Counted from the first letter of the stretch, positions 45,917-55,786 are shown. The stretch: DNA of 64,000 nucleotides from Actinomycetota bacterium (GCA_016179865.1 JACPCJ010000099.1:3786-67785); one strand, 5' to 3'. Numbers and translations are program-made. Notes: generated by a model not told the origin, from the letters alone.

Positions 45917-46711
45917 CTATGAGACCGTGAACGACCCCGCCATGCCGAGAGCCAGATGCGGGGCGCCCTCGGGCCCGGGGAGGAAGCACACGAAGGCGTA
46001 CGTTCCGGCGTCCACCTCGGCGTTGATGACCCGCGTGTCGCCGACGCTCGGCGTGGTGACGAATCCGAGGTCTTCCTCCACGAACTCGCTCGGGTCACCC
46101 TCCGTGGACGCCAGGAACTCTTCAAACGTGACGCCGTCCTTGAGCTTCGACATCGACATCAGGTGAGCCGACGGCCCCTCGTTCGTGACTGCAAGTGCGA
46201 TCGGCCCGGCTTCGATCTCGTCCGGGATGCCCTCGAACTCGAAGTCGACCGCCGTCGCCTCGATCACCTCGGCACCCTCGGCCGGTTCGGTGTCACCCTG
46301 GGCCTCGATCAAGTCGGGCTCCGCCTGCGACGGGCCGCAGTTGTCGGCCTCCCAGGTCTCGGTGGCGTTGAACGCCGTCTGGGCGTCGGGGTCGGCGATC
46401 GCCAGGCTGAAGTTGCCCTCCGAGGCGATCACGGCGTCGACGATCGCCCCCACCTCGGCGGCGATGTCCTCGGGCGCTGCCGACTTCAACTCTTCAAGCT
46501 GTTCCGTAGAAGGAAACTCCTCCGTGGCGTCGATCTCTTCGACAACGTTGCAGTAAGCGGCGAACTCGGGATCGATCTCCTCCCCCTCCTCGGACTCCGC
46601 CGCCTCTTCGGCGGGCTTCTCCTCATCAGCGGTGTCGTCGTCGCTGTCGCACGCCGCGAATCCGAAAACCACGAGGGCGGCGACCGCCCCCAAGCGGATG
46701 ATCCTGGTCAT
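45917..46711 (-). CDS. Acidic lipoprotein with C-terminal cupredoxin-like domain
   Basis: Lipobox FAAC; NEGPSAH..GTYAFVCFLP..HLALGM. Confidence 0.8.
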   Translation of the reverse strand: MTRIIRLGAVAALVVFGFAACDSDDDTADEEKPAEEAAESEEGEEIDPEFAAYCNVVEEIDATEEFPSTEQLEELKSAAPEDIAAEVGAIVDAVIASEGNFSLAIADPDAQTAFNATETWEADNCGPSQAEPDLIEAQGDTEPAEGAEVIEATAVDFEFEGIPDEIEAGPIALAVTNEGPSAHLMSMSKLKDGVTFEEFLASTEGDPSEFVEEDLGFVTTPSVGDTRVINAEVDAGTYAFVCFLPGPEGAPHLALGMAGSFTVS

Positions 46712-46780
46712 GTGTTCCCTCCCGCAGCGACCCCGGATCCCGACGGCCGGGCGTCATGAAACCGGCGCACCCTAGCCGTC

Positions 46781-47674
46781 CTACGGAGGGGGCGCTGCGA
46801 TCTCGACGGGTTCCGCCTCGGGGCGGCGGGCGATGATCACCGCCGCCGCCAGGATGGCGGCGCCCCCCACGGCTTGGGGGCTCGATATCGGCTCGTCGAT
46901 GAAGGCCGCCGCCAGGAGGACGGCGAAGAAGGCCTCGAGCGTCAGCGTTACGGCGGTGTCGGCCGGACCCAGCCGGCGGAGGGCGGCGAACATGAAGACA
47001 AACGCCCCGGCCCGCACCGCGGCCAGGCCGAGGAGCGCCCACCAGTGGCCCGACGGGTCGGCGAGCGACCCCGCCGTCATGCCCCACGCCAGCTGGCCGA
47101 CCCCGGTGCCGAGGGCGAGCCATGCCGCGGCGGTGACCGAGGACGTCACGTGCACCGTCCGCTCGCTCACGAGCAGGTTGGCCGTGAACATCACCGCCGC
47201 CGCCAGCGTGAAGCCAATGCCCGCCCCGGTGATGTCGACACTGCCCTTCGACAGCACGATGGTCGCCGCGCCCGCGATCGAGAGGGCGACCGCGCCGGCG
47301 GTGAGCGCTGACGGCAACCGGTGCCGCAACGGGATCTCGAAGAGCACGATCGCGGCCGGGTATAGGTAGAAGAGCAGGGTCACGGCGGCGGCCGTCCCGC
47401 GCTCGAGCCCCGAGAAGAAGAAAGCCGACTCGACGCCGTAGACGACGACGCCGAGGAAGAGGATCCACCGCCACTCGCCCGGCGCGGGGATCGCCGGCCG
47501 TCGAGCGGCGGCGAGGCCCGCGAGCAGGAGCACCCCACCCAGCGAGAACGGGACCCCGAGGGAGACCTCGAACGGGAGATCGGCGCGGGCGAGGTTCCGG
47601 CCGACGACGACGGTCGTCCCGAACAGGAAGGCGCTCGCGGCGCCGAAGGCCACGCCGAGAACCCTCCGATGCAT
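46781..47674 (-). CDS. EamA/DMT transporter
   Basis: 10 TMs in two repeats; LLFYLYP, TLEAFFAVLLA. Confidence 0.88.
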   Translation of the reverse strand: MHRRVLGVAFGAASAFLFGTTVVVGRNLARADLPFEVSLGVPFSLGGVLLLAGLAAARRPAIPAPGEWRWILFLGVVVYGVESAFFFSGLERGTAAAVTLLFYLYPAAIVLFEIPLRHRLPSALTAGAVALSIAGAATIVLSKGSVDITGAGIGFTLAAAVMFTANLLVSERTVHVTSSVTAAAWLALGTGVGQLAWGMTAGSLADPSGHWWALLGLAAVRAGAFVFMFAALRRLGPADTAVTLTLEAFFAVLLAAAFIDEPISSPQAVGGAAILAAAVIIARRPEAEPVEIAAPPP

Positions 47675-47700
47675 GAGGGCGGAGCGTACGCTGCGGCCTC

Positions 47701-48330
47701 GTGGGCGACGGACCTAAATCCAACCGGCTCCGAGAAGCGCTCGCCCGCATCGACGCCGCCAACGCCGACGATCCCAACACGATCGTGGCCCGAGGCGAGG
47801 TACGCCCGAAGGAATTGGCCCACGCCGAGATGGTCACCGAGTGGGTCCGGCGGCTCGTTCCCGACCCGGGTGAAGCCCTCCTGCTCGCCGCCCGCGCCCA
47901 CCACCTGAGGCGGTGGACGAGCCCGCGTTCGTCGTACCCGGAGGGCCGGGCCGGCTATCTGAAGTGGCGGCGCGACCTCCACCGCCAGCACGCCGACGAC
48001 GTCGGGCGGATCCTCGAAGGGTGCGGGTATTCGGGTGCCGAGATCGCCCGCGTGCAAGATCTCGTCCAGAAGAAGGGCCTCGGCAAGGTCGACGACCCCG
48101 AGGTCCAGGCGCTCGAAGACGCCCTCTGCCTGGTGTTCATCGAGACCCAGTTCCGCGAGATCTCCGAGCGCCTCGAAGAGCAATACGGCGACGAGGAGAA
48201 GATGGTCGACGTGGTGCGAAAGACGCTGGCGAAGATGAGCGATCAGGCGAAGGGGCTCGCGCTCGAGATCGACCTCGATCCCCGCGACCAGGCGATCGTC
48301 GCCAGGGCGCTCGAGGGCGAGGCCCGATGA
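47701..48330 (+). CDS. DUF4202-family protein
   Basis: IDAANADDPN, LAARAHHLRRW..PRSSYPEGRAGYLKWR, QALEDALCLVF. Confidence 0.88.
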   Translation: MGDGPKSNRLREALARIDAANADDPNTIVARGEVRPKELAHAEMVTEWVRRLVPDPGEALLLAARAHHLRRWTSPRSSYPEGRAGYLKWRRDLHRQHADDVGRILEGCGYSGAEIARVQDLVQKKGLGKVDDPEVQALEDALCLVFIETQFREISERLEEQYGDEEKMVDVVRKTLAKMSDQAKGLALEIDLDPRDQAIVARALEGEAR

Positions 48331-48782
48331 AGACGTGGGGGCTCGACGCCGTCGAGTGGTTCGCCGTCCTGCGCATCGGGCTCGGCCTGTGGTGGCTCGA
48401 GAGCGTGCGCCACAAGAACCTCGAGGCGTGGCTGAAGCGCAACGCCGGGATCAACTGGGCCGCCTCCGTGGCCGAAGGGCACCGCTGGGCCTGGGTCGGG
48501 AAGTCCTTCGAGTCCACGGTGAAGCCACACCCGAAGCTCTTCACGTGGATCGTGCTCCTCGCCGAGTTCGCCCTCGGCGTCGGCATCACGTTCGGAGTGC
48601 TCACGCCGGTCGCGCTGGCCGGCGGGATCGTGCTCAATCTGATCTACCTGCTCCTCATGATCCACGAGTTTTCCGAGCAGGGGCAGAACGGGATGATGAT
48701 CGTGATGGGCGCCGTCTGCCTGGGCGCCCAGGCCTGGCAGAAGTGGTCGGTCGACGCCTGGCTGGGCCTCTTCGGTACGTGA
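48327..48782 (+). CDS. DoxX/DoxD-like membrane protein
   Basis: LRIGLGLWWLES..K, AEFALGVGI..G, WSVDAW; ATGA overlap. Confidence 0.8.
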   Translation: MKTWGLDAVEWFAVLRIGLGLWWLESVRHKNLEAWLKRNAGINWAASVAEGHRWAWVGKSFESTVKPHPKLFTWIVLLAEFALGVGITFGVLTPVALAGGIVLNLIYLLLMIHEFSEQGQNGMMIVMGAVCLGAQAWQKWSVDAWLGLFGT

Positions 48783-48789
48783 TCTCCGT

Positions 48790-48837
48790 GTCTGTGTCGC
48801 GTTACGCCACCTCCAGGGTGGGTAACGCGACGCAGAC
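48790..48837. repeat. 48-bp palindrome, family A copy 3
   Basis: GTCTGTGTCGCGTTA-N18-TAACGCGACGCAGAC with a different spacer. Confidence 0.88.
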
Positions 48838-48844
48838 GTCGGAG

Positions 48845-49390
48845 TCAGGCGGGGATGGGCTCGCCGCAGTCGGTGAACCAGCGGACCTCGTCGCCCACGA
48901 CGGCGAGGTGGCTGTCGAGCTGCGTGTCCCGGTCGTCGATGCGCTGGATGACGTCGACTTGGATGGCGTCCTCGATGGGAATCTCGCGCCCTTCCCGCTC
49001 GCCGTAGTTCCACGGCGCGGGATTGTGAACCTCGAGGATTTCGAAGCTGCGGTTGTCGGGCACCTTCTCGATGAAGGCCCGGCACTGGTCCTCGCCGTAG
49101 AGAGCGATGACTTCCGGGTGCAGGCGCTCGAACAGGAAGTCGGTTTCGGCTTCCCGGAACGCGGCACCGAAGACTTCGTAGAAGGCCGACACCAGCTCCT
49201 CGGTCGTTGGTGCGGCGGCCTCGGTCGTGCTGGTCGTCGTGGCCCTGCTCGTTGAGGTCGTGACCTCGCCGGTGGGGGTCGCCGCCGGCGCTGGCTTGCT
49301 GTCCCCGTCGTCTGACACCAACCCGATCGCCCCGACGGCGGCGAGCGCCGCCCCGGCGATCATGAGCACGGTCCCCAGGCGCCGGTTCAC
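48845..49390 (-). CDS. Membrane-anchored exported hypothetical protein
   Basis: N-terminal TM, Thr-rich linker, two Cys (QCRAF, WFTDCGEP); GTGA overlap. Confidence 0.7.
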   Translation of the reverse strand: MNRRLGTVLMIAGAALAAVGAIGLVSDDGDSKPAPAATPTGEVTTSTSRATTTSTTEAAAPTTEELVSAFYEVFGAAFREAETDFLFERLHPEVIALYGEDQCRAFIEKVPDNRSFEILEVHNPAPWNYGEREGREIPIEDAIQVDVIQRIDDRDTQLDSHLAVVGDEVRWFTDCGEPIPA

Positions 49391-51204
49391 GTCAGCGTCC
49401 AGGCCGTGTCGAGGCCGGGGGCCATGGCCTTCCGGCCGGGGGGCGCTGGTCGGCTCAGCTTGAACGTCTTCCCGTCGACGAAGATCTCCGCGACGCCGTC
49501 GCGGAACTCGAGGGCGATCACGGGCTTGCACAGACAGGTGCCGGGCCCGCAGCAATCGCCGGTGCACTCGGTCGTCATCTCGCCCGCGACGATCACGTCG
49601 TGCCCGTAGTGGCTGCGGACGTCGGCCGACACGCGGTCGGTCGTGTCCCACACCCGGGCGGGGACGATGATCCCGGCGTCGAGTTCACCGATGCTGTCGA
49701 CGAAAACGTGGACGGCATCCCCCAAGACCATGAAGTTGCCCCCGTGGGTGAACTCCTGGTCCGACGTCTCGACCGGGCGGGCAAGGTGGTCGTGGGTGTC
49801 GACGTGCGTTCCAACCAGCGCGCGGCCGCCCACGTCGCGACCTTCGAGGCCCCGGCCTTCCAGTTCATCGGGATCCCCCATGGCCTTCCCGGCGGCCGAG
49901 TACACGAGGTCGTCGCCTGCCGCACCCTCGACGGCGCCCTGGGCGGTGAACTCCACGGGGCATTCGGGGCCGGGAGCCGTGTTGGAACATTCCTCACTCG
50001 CCTGGAGCTTGACGTCGCAGCCCCCGCGGGTCTCCCACTGGTGCCGGTGGTCGGGGCACATGCTCTCGAGTACGACCGAGATCTCATGACGCTCCCAGTA
50101 GGAGAGGTGGGCGGCGACATCTGGGGGCTCTTCGTGGGAACGCATCTGGGGCCGGAAGGCGGGATCCTCGGGAGGTGGGTCGAACAGGCTGTGGGTCGGG
50201 GGCGTGTCGGCCTGCATCCAGTCCTGGCGCCCGGCGGGCCCGCTGCGGACCGACGCCCACAGGTCGAGGTCCATGCCCTGCCAGGCCACGCCGAAGTCGG
50301 GGATGCGGAGCCGACCCTCGGGGGCCTCTTCCACGCCGTCGAGTTGGTCGGGCATCTGCCGCCCCTGGGCAACCGCCTGGTACGTGCCGATGCGCCACGT
50401 CACCGTGACGGTGTAGACGCAGCACTCCTTGCCCTTGGCCTCCCGCAGCACCTTCTTCTGGCCGTTCTCGTCGTAGTAGGCCGCCCAGTCACAGGGAACG
50501 GTCTCCACGATCCACGTCGTGGTGGTGTCGGGCGTGCGGTCGCGGCGGAGGAAGTTGAACCACAGGCCGACCAAGAACAGGAAGACACCAAGGATGATGA
50601 GGATCCACCACGGGAGGTCGGAGCCCTCGCCCGCCGTGGTCTCGGGCTCGGTGAGCTTGCGGATGGGCGGCTCGCTGGTGGGGATCGTCTGCTTGGTGAA
50701 GGTGGTGGTCGTCGTGGTCGGCGCAGCTTCGCTCTCCTGGCTGAGGAAGCTGCCCTTTTTGAGGTCGGCCTTTGAGCACGGAACGTCGTCGGGCCCCACG
50801 GTGAACGTCATGTCTTCGAGGCCACTCACGTTGAACGTGCGGTCGTCGGGGAACTGGATCACCAGGTCGCCCACGACCTCGTAGGTCCCGAAGCTGTTGA
50901 TCCCGATGAGGATGTCGGTGCGGTTGGTGCCGTCGAGCATCCCCGTGCCAGTCGAGACCCCGCCCGGTCCTTGCACGATGAGGCGGGCCTCGCCGCCAGG
51001 ATCGGAGTGCCCGATCGACCCCGCGTAGACGAGGATGCTGGCGGCGGCGAAGCCAGGGGGTGGCTCAACGCTGAAGGGCGGGTGGTCGACCCCGAAGCAG
51101 CCGTCGATGAGGACGGGGGCGCCCGCATCTTGGGCCTCAGCCCGTGCCGCGCCGAACGAGCCGAACAGCAACGTCCCGATGATGGCCACGGCCAGTCGTC
51201 GCAT
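49387..51204 (-). CDS. Single-pass membrane protein with Cys-rich C-terminal domain
   Basis: Signal peptide, Thr linker, TM LPWWILIILGVFLFLVGLWF followed by RRDR, then 12 Cys. Confidence 0.7.
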   Translation of the reverse strand: MRRLAVAIIGTLLFGSFGAARAEAQDAGAPVLIDGCFGVDHPPFSVEPPPGFAAASILVYAGSIGHSDPGGEARLIVQGPGGVSTGTGMLDGTNRTDILIGINSFGTYEVVGDLVIQFPDDRTFNVSGLEDMTFTVGPDDVPCSKADLKKGSFLSQESEAAPTTTTTTFTKQTIPTSEPPIRKLTEPETTAGEGSDLPWWILIILGVFLFLVGLWFNFLRRDRTPDTTTTWIVETVPCDWAAYYDENGQKKVLREAKGKECCVYTVTVTWRIGTYQAVAQGRQMPDQLDGVEEAPEGRLRIPDFGVAWQGMDLDLWASVRSGPAGRQDWMQADTPPTHSLFDPPPEDPAFRPQMRSHEEPPDVAAHLSYWERHEISVVLESMCPDHRHQWETRGGCDVKLQASEECSNTAPGPECPVEFTAQGAVEGAAGDDLVYSAAGKAMGDPDELEGRGLEGRDVGGRALVGTHVDTHDHLARPVETSDQEFTHGGNFMVLGDAVHVFVDSIGELDAGIIVPARVWDTTDRVSADVRSHYGHDVIVAGEMTTECTGDCCGPGTCLCKPVIALEFRDGVAEIFVDGKTFKLSRPAPPGRKAMAPGLDTAWTLT

Positions 51205-51267
51205 CACGCCCCCCGTTCCCAACACCCGGAATGGGCCACCTCACGCTATGCGACGGCGCGCCTCCGT

Positions 51268-51314
51268 GTCTGTGGCGCGTTGCGGCGCGTATGCGCTCCT
51301 AACGCGCCGCAGAC
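51268..51314. repeat. 47-bp palindrome, family A copy 4
   Basis: GTCTGTGGCGCGTTG-N17-TAACGCGCCGCAGAC; contains the stop codon of 51299..52279. Confidence 0.88.
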
Positions 51315-52279
51315 GTGGAGGAGAGCTTGTTGAGGACGGCCTCAGCCTCGGCGACGAAGCGGTGGACGAGTTCGGCCGCGGGAACGAGTTCGTCGATGCC
51401 GCCGACACCCTGGCCGGTCGGGTAGCACTCCTTGTCGGGGTCGACCCCCTCGGTGGTCTCGTCGCCCATCAGGTGCATGGCGCCGTCCTGGAATGACCGC
51501 GCCATCTGAACGGGGAAGGGCTGGAGCTCGTCGGGGTGCTCCTCGAAGAACTGGGTGTAGGAGTTGCGCAAGGCCCGGAGGGTCTTGCCGGTGAAGGCGC
51601 GGCTGATCACGGTGTCGTCCTCGTGGGCGCCGAGCAGCTTGTCCTTGTAATGGGCGACGCTGCGGGCTTCGGGGGTGGCGATGAAGCGGGTGCCGACCCA
51701 GATGCCGTCGGCCCCGAGGGCGAGGGCGGCGGCGAGCTGGCGGCCGTCGTAGATCCCGCCCGCGGCGACCACCGGGACCCGGTCGCCCACGGCGTCGACG
51801 ATCTGGGGGACGAGCGGGAAGGTCGCCACCTGGCCGGTGTGCCCCCCGGCCTCGGTCCCCTGGGCCACGACGATGTCGCACCCGGCCTCGACGGCGGCCA
51901 CGGCGTGGCGCACCTTGCCGCACATATTCACCACGAGAACGTTGTTGGCGTGGCACAGCTCGATGACCTCGCGCGGCACACCGAGGGCACCCACGAACAC
52001 GCTGGCCCCGCCGGCGATGATCTTCTCGACTGCCGGCGTCATGTCGCCGGGCATGGCGGTGAGAAGGTCGACCCCGAAAGGTGTGTCGGTCAGCTCGCGG
52101 ACCTTGGCCATCTCCTCGACCATCTGGTCCTCGTTCATGGTGGCGGCGCCGAGCGTGCCGAAGCCGCCGGCACCGGAAACCGCCGCGCACAGCCGGTGGT
52201 AGGAGACGCCTCCCATGCCCGCGAGCATCACCGGGTGCTCGATGCCCAGAACGTCGGTCAGCCGCGTGCGGATCGCCAT
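51299..52279 (-). CDS. Nitronate monooxygenase / FabK-like flavoprotein
   Basis: GIEHPVMLAGMGG, AQGTEAGGHTG, VVAAGGIYDGR, GTRFIATPE. Confidence 0.9.
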   Translation of the reverse strand: MAIRTRLTDVLGIEHPVMLAGMGGVSYHRLCAAVSGAGGFGTLGAATMNEDQMVEEMAKVRELTDTPFGVDLLTAMPGDMTPAVEKIIAGGASVFVGALGVPREVIELCHANNVLVVNMCGKVRHAVAAVEAGCDIVVAQGTEAGGHTGQVATFPLVPQIVDAVGDRVPVVAAGGIYDGRQLAAALALGADGIWVGTRFIATPEARSVAHYKDKLLGAHEDDTVISRAFTGKTLRALRNSYTQFFEEHPDELQPFPVQMARSFQDGAMHLMGDETTEGVDPDKECYPTGQGVGGIDELVPAAELVHRFVAEAEAVLNKLSSTSAAR

Positions 52280-52323
52280 CGGGGAACTCCTTGGTAGCGC
52301 AGTCTGTTGAGATAGCGGTTTCT

Positions 52324-52360
52324 TGCGGAACGGCTTCCTGGCCAGGCTTCGCCTGCCCAG
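52324..52360. repeat. 37-bp hairpin element, copy 2
   Basis: TGCGGAACGGCTTCCTGGCCAGGCTTCGCCTGCCCAG; second hairpin at ~52379-52406. Confidence 0.75.
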
Positions 52361-52404
52361 GGCTCCACCTATTTTCTGGGAGCGTGCGCCCTTCGGCGCA
52401 AGCT

Positions 52405-52428
52405 CCTATTGATCGAGATGTCAATAAG
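52405..52428. promoter_or_regulatory. Putative 24-bp operator
   Basis: Reverse complement CTTATTGAC-ATCTCG-ATCAATAGG; shares 13 contiguous bp with 57952-57975. Confidence 0.6.
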
Positions 52429-52438
52429 GATAGGGGGA

Positions 52439-53419
52439 TCAGCAGAGCACGGGCACGTCGGGGTCGGGGGTGCGAGTTCCGAACTCGACGTGGGCGAGCC
52501 CTTCGCTCGTGAAACGCTCGATCGCGCCTGACCCACGCTCGATCTCCAGCGCGCAGCGGGCGATCTCGGAGTTGGCGCACCAGGCGTGGGCACCATCGGG
52601 GTCTTCGTAAATGACCTGGGCCATCTCCGCCGGCACCGCCTCGAACACCGCCCGCACCTGGCCAACAGGGCACCGACCCCGCAACTCCCAGCGGTGGCCG
52701 TGCACCCGGGAGGACGCCCGGAGAAACCAAGGGAAGGCGTTGCAGGCGAAGGGCTCCCCCGCCACCTCGGCGTAGAGAAAGGGGAGCCCCCGGGGGGCGG
52801 CCCGGCCGGGGGCGAGGAGGGGAACCGCCGACACGGCTTCGACGACGACCCCGGCGACGACCGACCCGTCGGCCTGGAAGCCGTTGCAGTGCCCCCACTG
52901 CCAGCGGGCTGCGTGCTGGCGGCCCCAGAGGTGGGTCTGGCAACCGGGAGCGCCGGCTAGTGGAATCGCCTCGCCGTCGATGCGCACCTCGCCGGAGAAG
53001 CGCACGTCGAGCGAGGGCGAAGCGACGCGTGTGGAGGGGATCCGCGAGCGACCCAACCGACCCGGGATGTGCCACAGCGCCGTCGCGGGAGGATCCCAAC
53101 GCAGATCCCACGACAGCCCCAGGTCGGGAAGCTGACCCACGGCGTGACCCTCTTCGAGGACGGCTTCACCGACCTGCATGACGCCCCTCGGCGGCCACTC
53201 GACCGGATTGGTCCGCTTGCCGCCGCGAGCCGGCTGACCGGGGGCGAAGGCAAACCCCCAGAGCTCCGCCACCGGCTCGCGCCGCCGGTCCTTCGGAGCC
53301 TCCAGCGTGTAGCGGAACCAGAAGCCGCGGCCGCTCGCCCGGTCCGACAGGGTGAGGTACCAAGCCTCGTAGTGGCCGCGGGACTCGCCGTCCCACCGGG
53401 CGGCGTTGGCCCCGTTCAC
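52439..53419 (-). CDS. Tocopherol-cyclase/AttH-like protein
   Basis: GHYEAWYLTL..FWFRYTL, LSWDLRW, GCQTHLWGRQHAARWQWGHCNGF, YEDPDG; start at GTG 53419. Confidence 0.7.
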   Translation of the reverse strand: MNGANAARWDGESRGHYEAWYLTLSDRASGRGFWFRYTLEAPKDRRREPVAELWGFAFAPGQPARGGKRTNPVEWPPRGVMQVGEAVLEEGHAVGQLPDLGLSWDLRWDPPATALWHIPGRLGRSRIPSTRVASPSLDVRFSGEVRIDGEAIPLAGAPGCQTHLWGRQHAARWQWGHCNGFQADGSVVAGVVVEAVSAVPLLAPGRAAPRGLPFLYAEVAGEPFACNAFPWFLRASSRVHGHRWELRGRCPVGQVRAVFEAVPAEMAQVIYEDPDGAHAWCANSEIARCALEIERGSGAIERFTSEGLAHVEFGTRTPDPDVPVLC

Positions 53420-54181
53420 CCTGTTTCCCGCTCGGAGGGGCCGCTCGGGCCCTGCCCACCGAGCAACACCGTCGATGACAGGCCGATGGCCAACAGCACC
53501 CCCGACTCGTTCCACACTTCGACATGAGTCCCGGCGATGCCGGCGTCGATCCCGGCGAGGCGGCCCACGCCCACGAGGGTGGGGGACGCGTCGTCACCAA
53601 GGAAGCGAAGTGACAGGTCAGGGTTGGGCATGGGCACGAACTGCGCCAGCGCCGCTCCGACCGGGACCCCAACGCAGAAGTCGGCGGCCCACCATCCGTG
53701 GCTCCATGACCTCCACGATGGGGGGGTTTCCGGCGCCGGCCATCCGGATCGGAGTGCCGTCGGCGACGGGCGCGAACTCCGGCACCCCAACCCGGCCCGC
53801 GTGGTCTTGGGGCGAGAGCGCTTCGGGCGCGGCGAACGTCACCGTCGAGCGAGCGGCGAGCTTGGCGTCGGCATCGTGCAGGTCGACGGCCACGGTGGTG
53901 ATCGTCCGCCCGGCGTTCACGACCTCGACCCGTGCGTCGCAGGTTGGGGTCGCCAATGCCCGCACGAAGGTGACGTGAAGCGAAAACGATCGCCGGCCCG
54001 GGGCCGCGGGGCGGGCGGCCGTCACACATGCCGCCGCCACTGCGCCGCCGAACACGCCCCCGAAGGCGCCGTGGACATCCTTCCCGAGCTCGAAGTGCCA
54101 CGACCCGTCCTCCCCAGGCCCGAGCGGCCTTTCAGAGCGGGAAGCAGGCGCCGCGCCGAGGAACTCGGCGACCGTGGTCAT
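53416..54181 (-). pseudogene. Double-hotdog acyl-CoA thioesterase, frameshifted at ~53690
   Basis: Frame 1: HGAFGGVFGG, SLHVTFVR, NAGRTIT; frame 2: AADF..PNPDLSLRF..VEVWNESG.LLA. Confidence 0.75.
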
Positions 54182-54672
54182 CCGTGGATGCCGGACCGGT
54201 CGGGCTCGACCCCGTCGGGAGGCCACGACTCGGTGAAGATCTCGATCGGCACTTCGAGGGAGCGGAGGACTCCTGACACCATCCGCCACGCCCCGATGGC
54301 CATGAACAACTCCAGCAGCGCGTGCTCGCCTCCTGGCACGTGAGCAACGCACGCCTTCCAGGTCTCGTCGGTGACCGCGCCCGTCTCCAACACCTCGTCC
54401 GTTGCCGCCAGCACCGCCCGGTCGGCGTCGTCGAACCCCGGGTGGCGCTCCCAGTCGCGGACCGCCAAAAGGTCGTCGGTCGGCACTTCGAAGGTCTGCC
54501 CGATCCGCCAGTGTTGGCCCCACTCGTATTCGGAACCAGTCACCCAGCCGATGCGCATGATCACGAGTTCGCGCAGGCGGTGCGGGAGCGTGTTCCGGAA
54601 CAGCAGGAGGCCGAGCAGGTCGTTGAACGCCCCGAGCATCGGGATGCGCGACTCGGGTCGCTCACTCGTCAT
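54178..54672 (-). CDS. Carboxymuconolactone decarboxylase / AhpD-like protein
   Basis: RLRELVIMRIGWVTGSEYEWGQH, DRAVLAATDE; N-terminal part looks shortened. Confidence 0.8.
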   Translation of the reverse strand: MTSERPESRIPMLGAFNDLLGLLLFRNTLPHRLRELVIMRIGWVTGSEYEWGQHWRIGQTFEVPTDDLLAVRDWERHPGFDDADRAVLAATDEVLETGAVTDETWKACVAHVPGGEHALLELFMAIGAWRMVSGVLRSLEVPIEIFTESWPPDGVEPDRSGIHG

Positions 54673-55775
54673 GCGTCCTCCCAGGGGACGATCACACCGT
54701 GAATCGGTGGCGGGCCGTCCGACTCCCCCGCCATCACGGCCAGCAGCTCCGAGGCACCATCGAGGCCGGCCACGCGGCGCGGCAGTTCGTCGAACGGGTA
54801 TCGGCCCGAGGCCAAGAGCTCCAGTGCTGCCCGGTACGACTCCCCGTCGACCCCGAGTGAGCCCATGACGTGGAGCTCCTTCAAGACGAGCAGGTCGGGG
54901 GCAAACCCCGGCGCCTCGGCCACGCCCCGAGTCCCCGCGATCACCACCCGCCCGCCGTGGCGCGCCAACTCGATGGCCTGGGCGAACGCCGCCGGCGCCT
55001 TGGCCGTCACGTCGACCACCACGTCGGCGAGGCCCCCCGTGGCCTTGCGCAACTCCGTCTCTGCGTTCGTCCGCGAGACGTCGACCGCCAGGTCGGCACC
55101 GAAGCGGCGCGCCATCTCCAGCCGGGGCGTGTCACGCTCGCCGTGACCGGTGATCATCACGAAGCCGGCACCCGCCTCCTTGACCGCCGCCACCGCCGAG
55201 AGGCCCCGGATGCCGGGCCCGAGGATGGCGACGACGTCGCCCTCCTTCGTCTCGGGAACGACGGCGGCCCACCGGATGCCGGCCCCGAGCGGGTTGAAGG
55301 CGGTCGCCAGCACGGGGCTCATCCCCTCGGGAACGGGGTGCAACACCGAGTCGGGCGCCAGGTACTGGTACTGCGAGTAGCCACCCCAGAGGCCGGGCTC
55401 GACGCCGAGAGAGACGAACCCGTAGCTGTCGCGAAAGCCGTGTTTGCGGCACCCGCGATAGTCGCCGGTCGCGCACCGGTCGCACTCCCGGCAGCTCTGG
55501 AAGATGTCGAGGGCGACGCGGTCGCCCTCGCTCACCCCCCAGCGTGCGGCGGCACGCGGGCCGGCCCGCTCCACGATCCCGACCGTCTCGTGCCCGGGGA
55601 CAAACGCACCCGGCCCGGGGAGGGCCCCCGTGTACAGCTCGTGGTCGGTCCCGCAGAGACCGCACGCCTCCACCCGCAGCAGGCCGTCGTCGTCGCCCGC
55701 TTCCGGAAGCGGCAGCTCCCGCTCCACGAGCTCGCGCGGGCGCTCGAGCACCAGGGTCCGGGTGGTCGAGGTCAC
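54669..55775 (-). CDS. Zinc-binding alcohol dehydrogenase
   Basis: CGLCGTD, PGHETVG, CRECDRC..C, GPGIRG; start approximate. Confidence 0.9.
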   Translation of the reverse strand: MTSTTRTLVLERPRELVERELPLPEAGDDDGLLRVEACGLCGTDHELYTGALPGPGAFVPGHETVGIVERAGPRAAARWGVSEGDRVALDIFQSCRECDRCATGDYRGCRKHGFRDSYGFVSLGVEPGLWGGYSQYQYLAPDSVLHPVPEGMSPVLATAFNPLGAGIRWAAVVPETKEGDVVAILGPGIRGLSAVAAVKEAGAGFVMITGHGERDTPRLEMARRFGADLAVDVSRTNAETELRKATGGLADVVVDVTAKAPAAFAQAIELARHGGRVVIAGTRGVAEAPGFAPDLLVLKELHVMGSLGVDGESYRAALELLASGRYPFDELPRRVAGLDGASELLAVMAGESDGPPPIHGVIVPWEDA

Positions 55776-55786
55776 GGAGTGGGACC

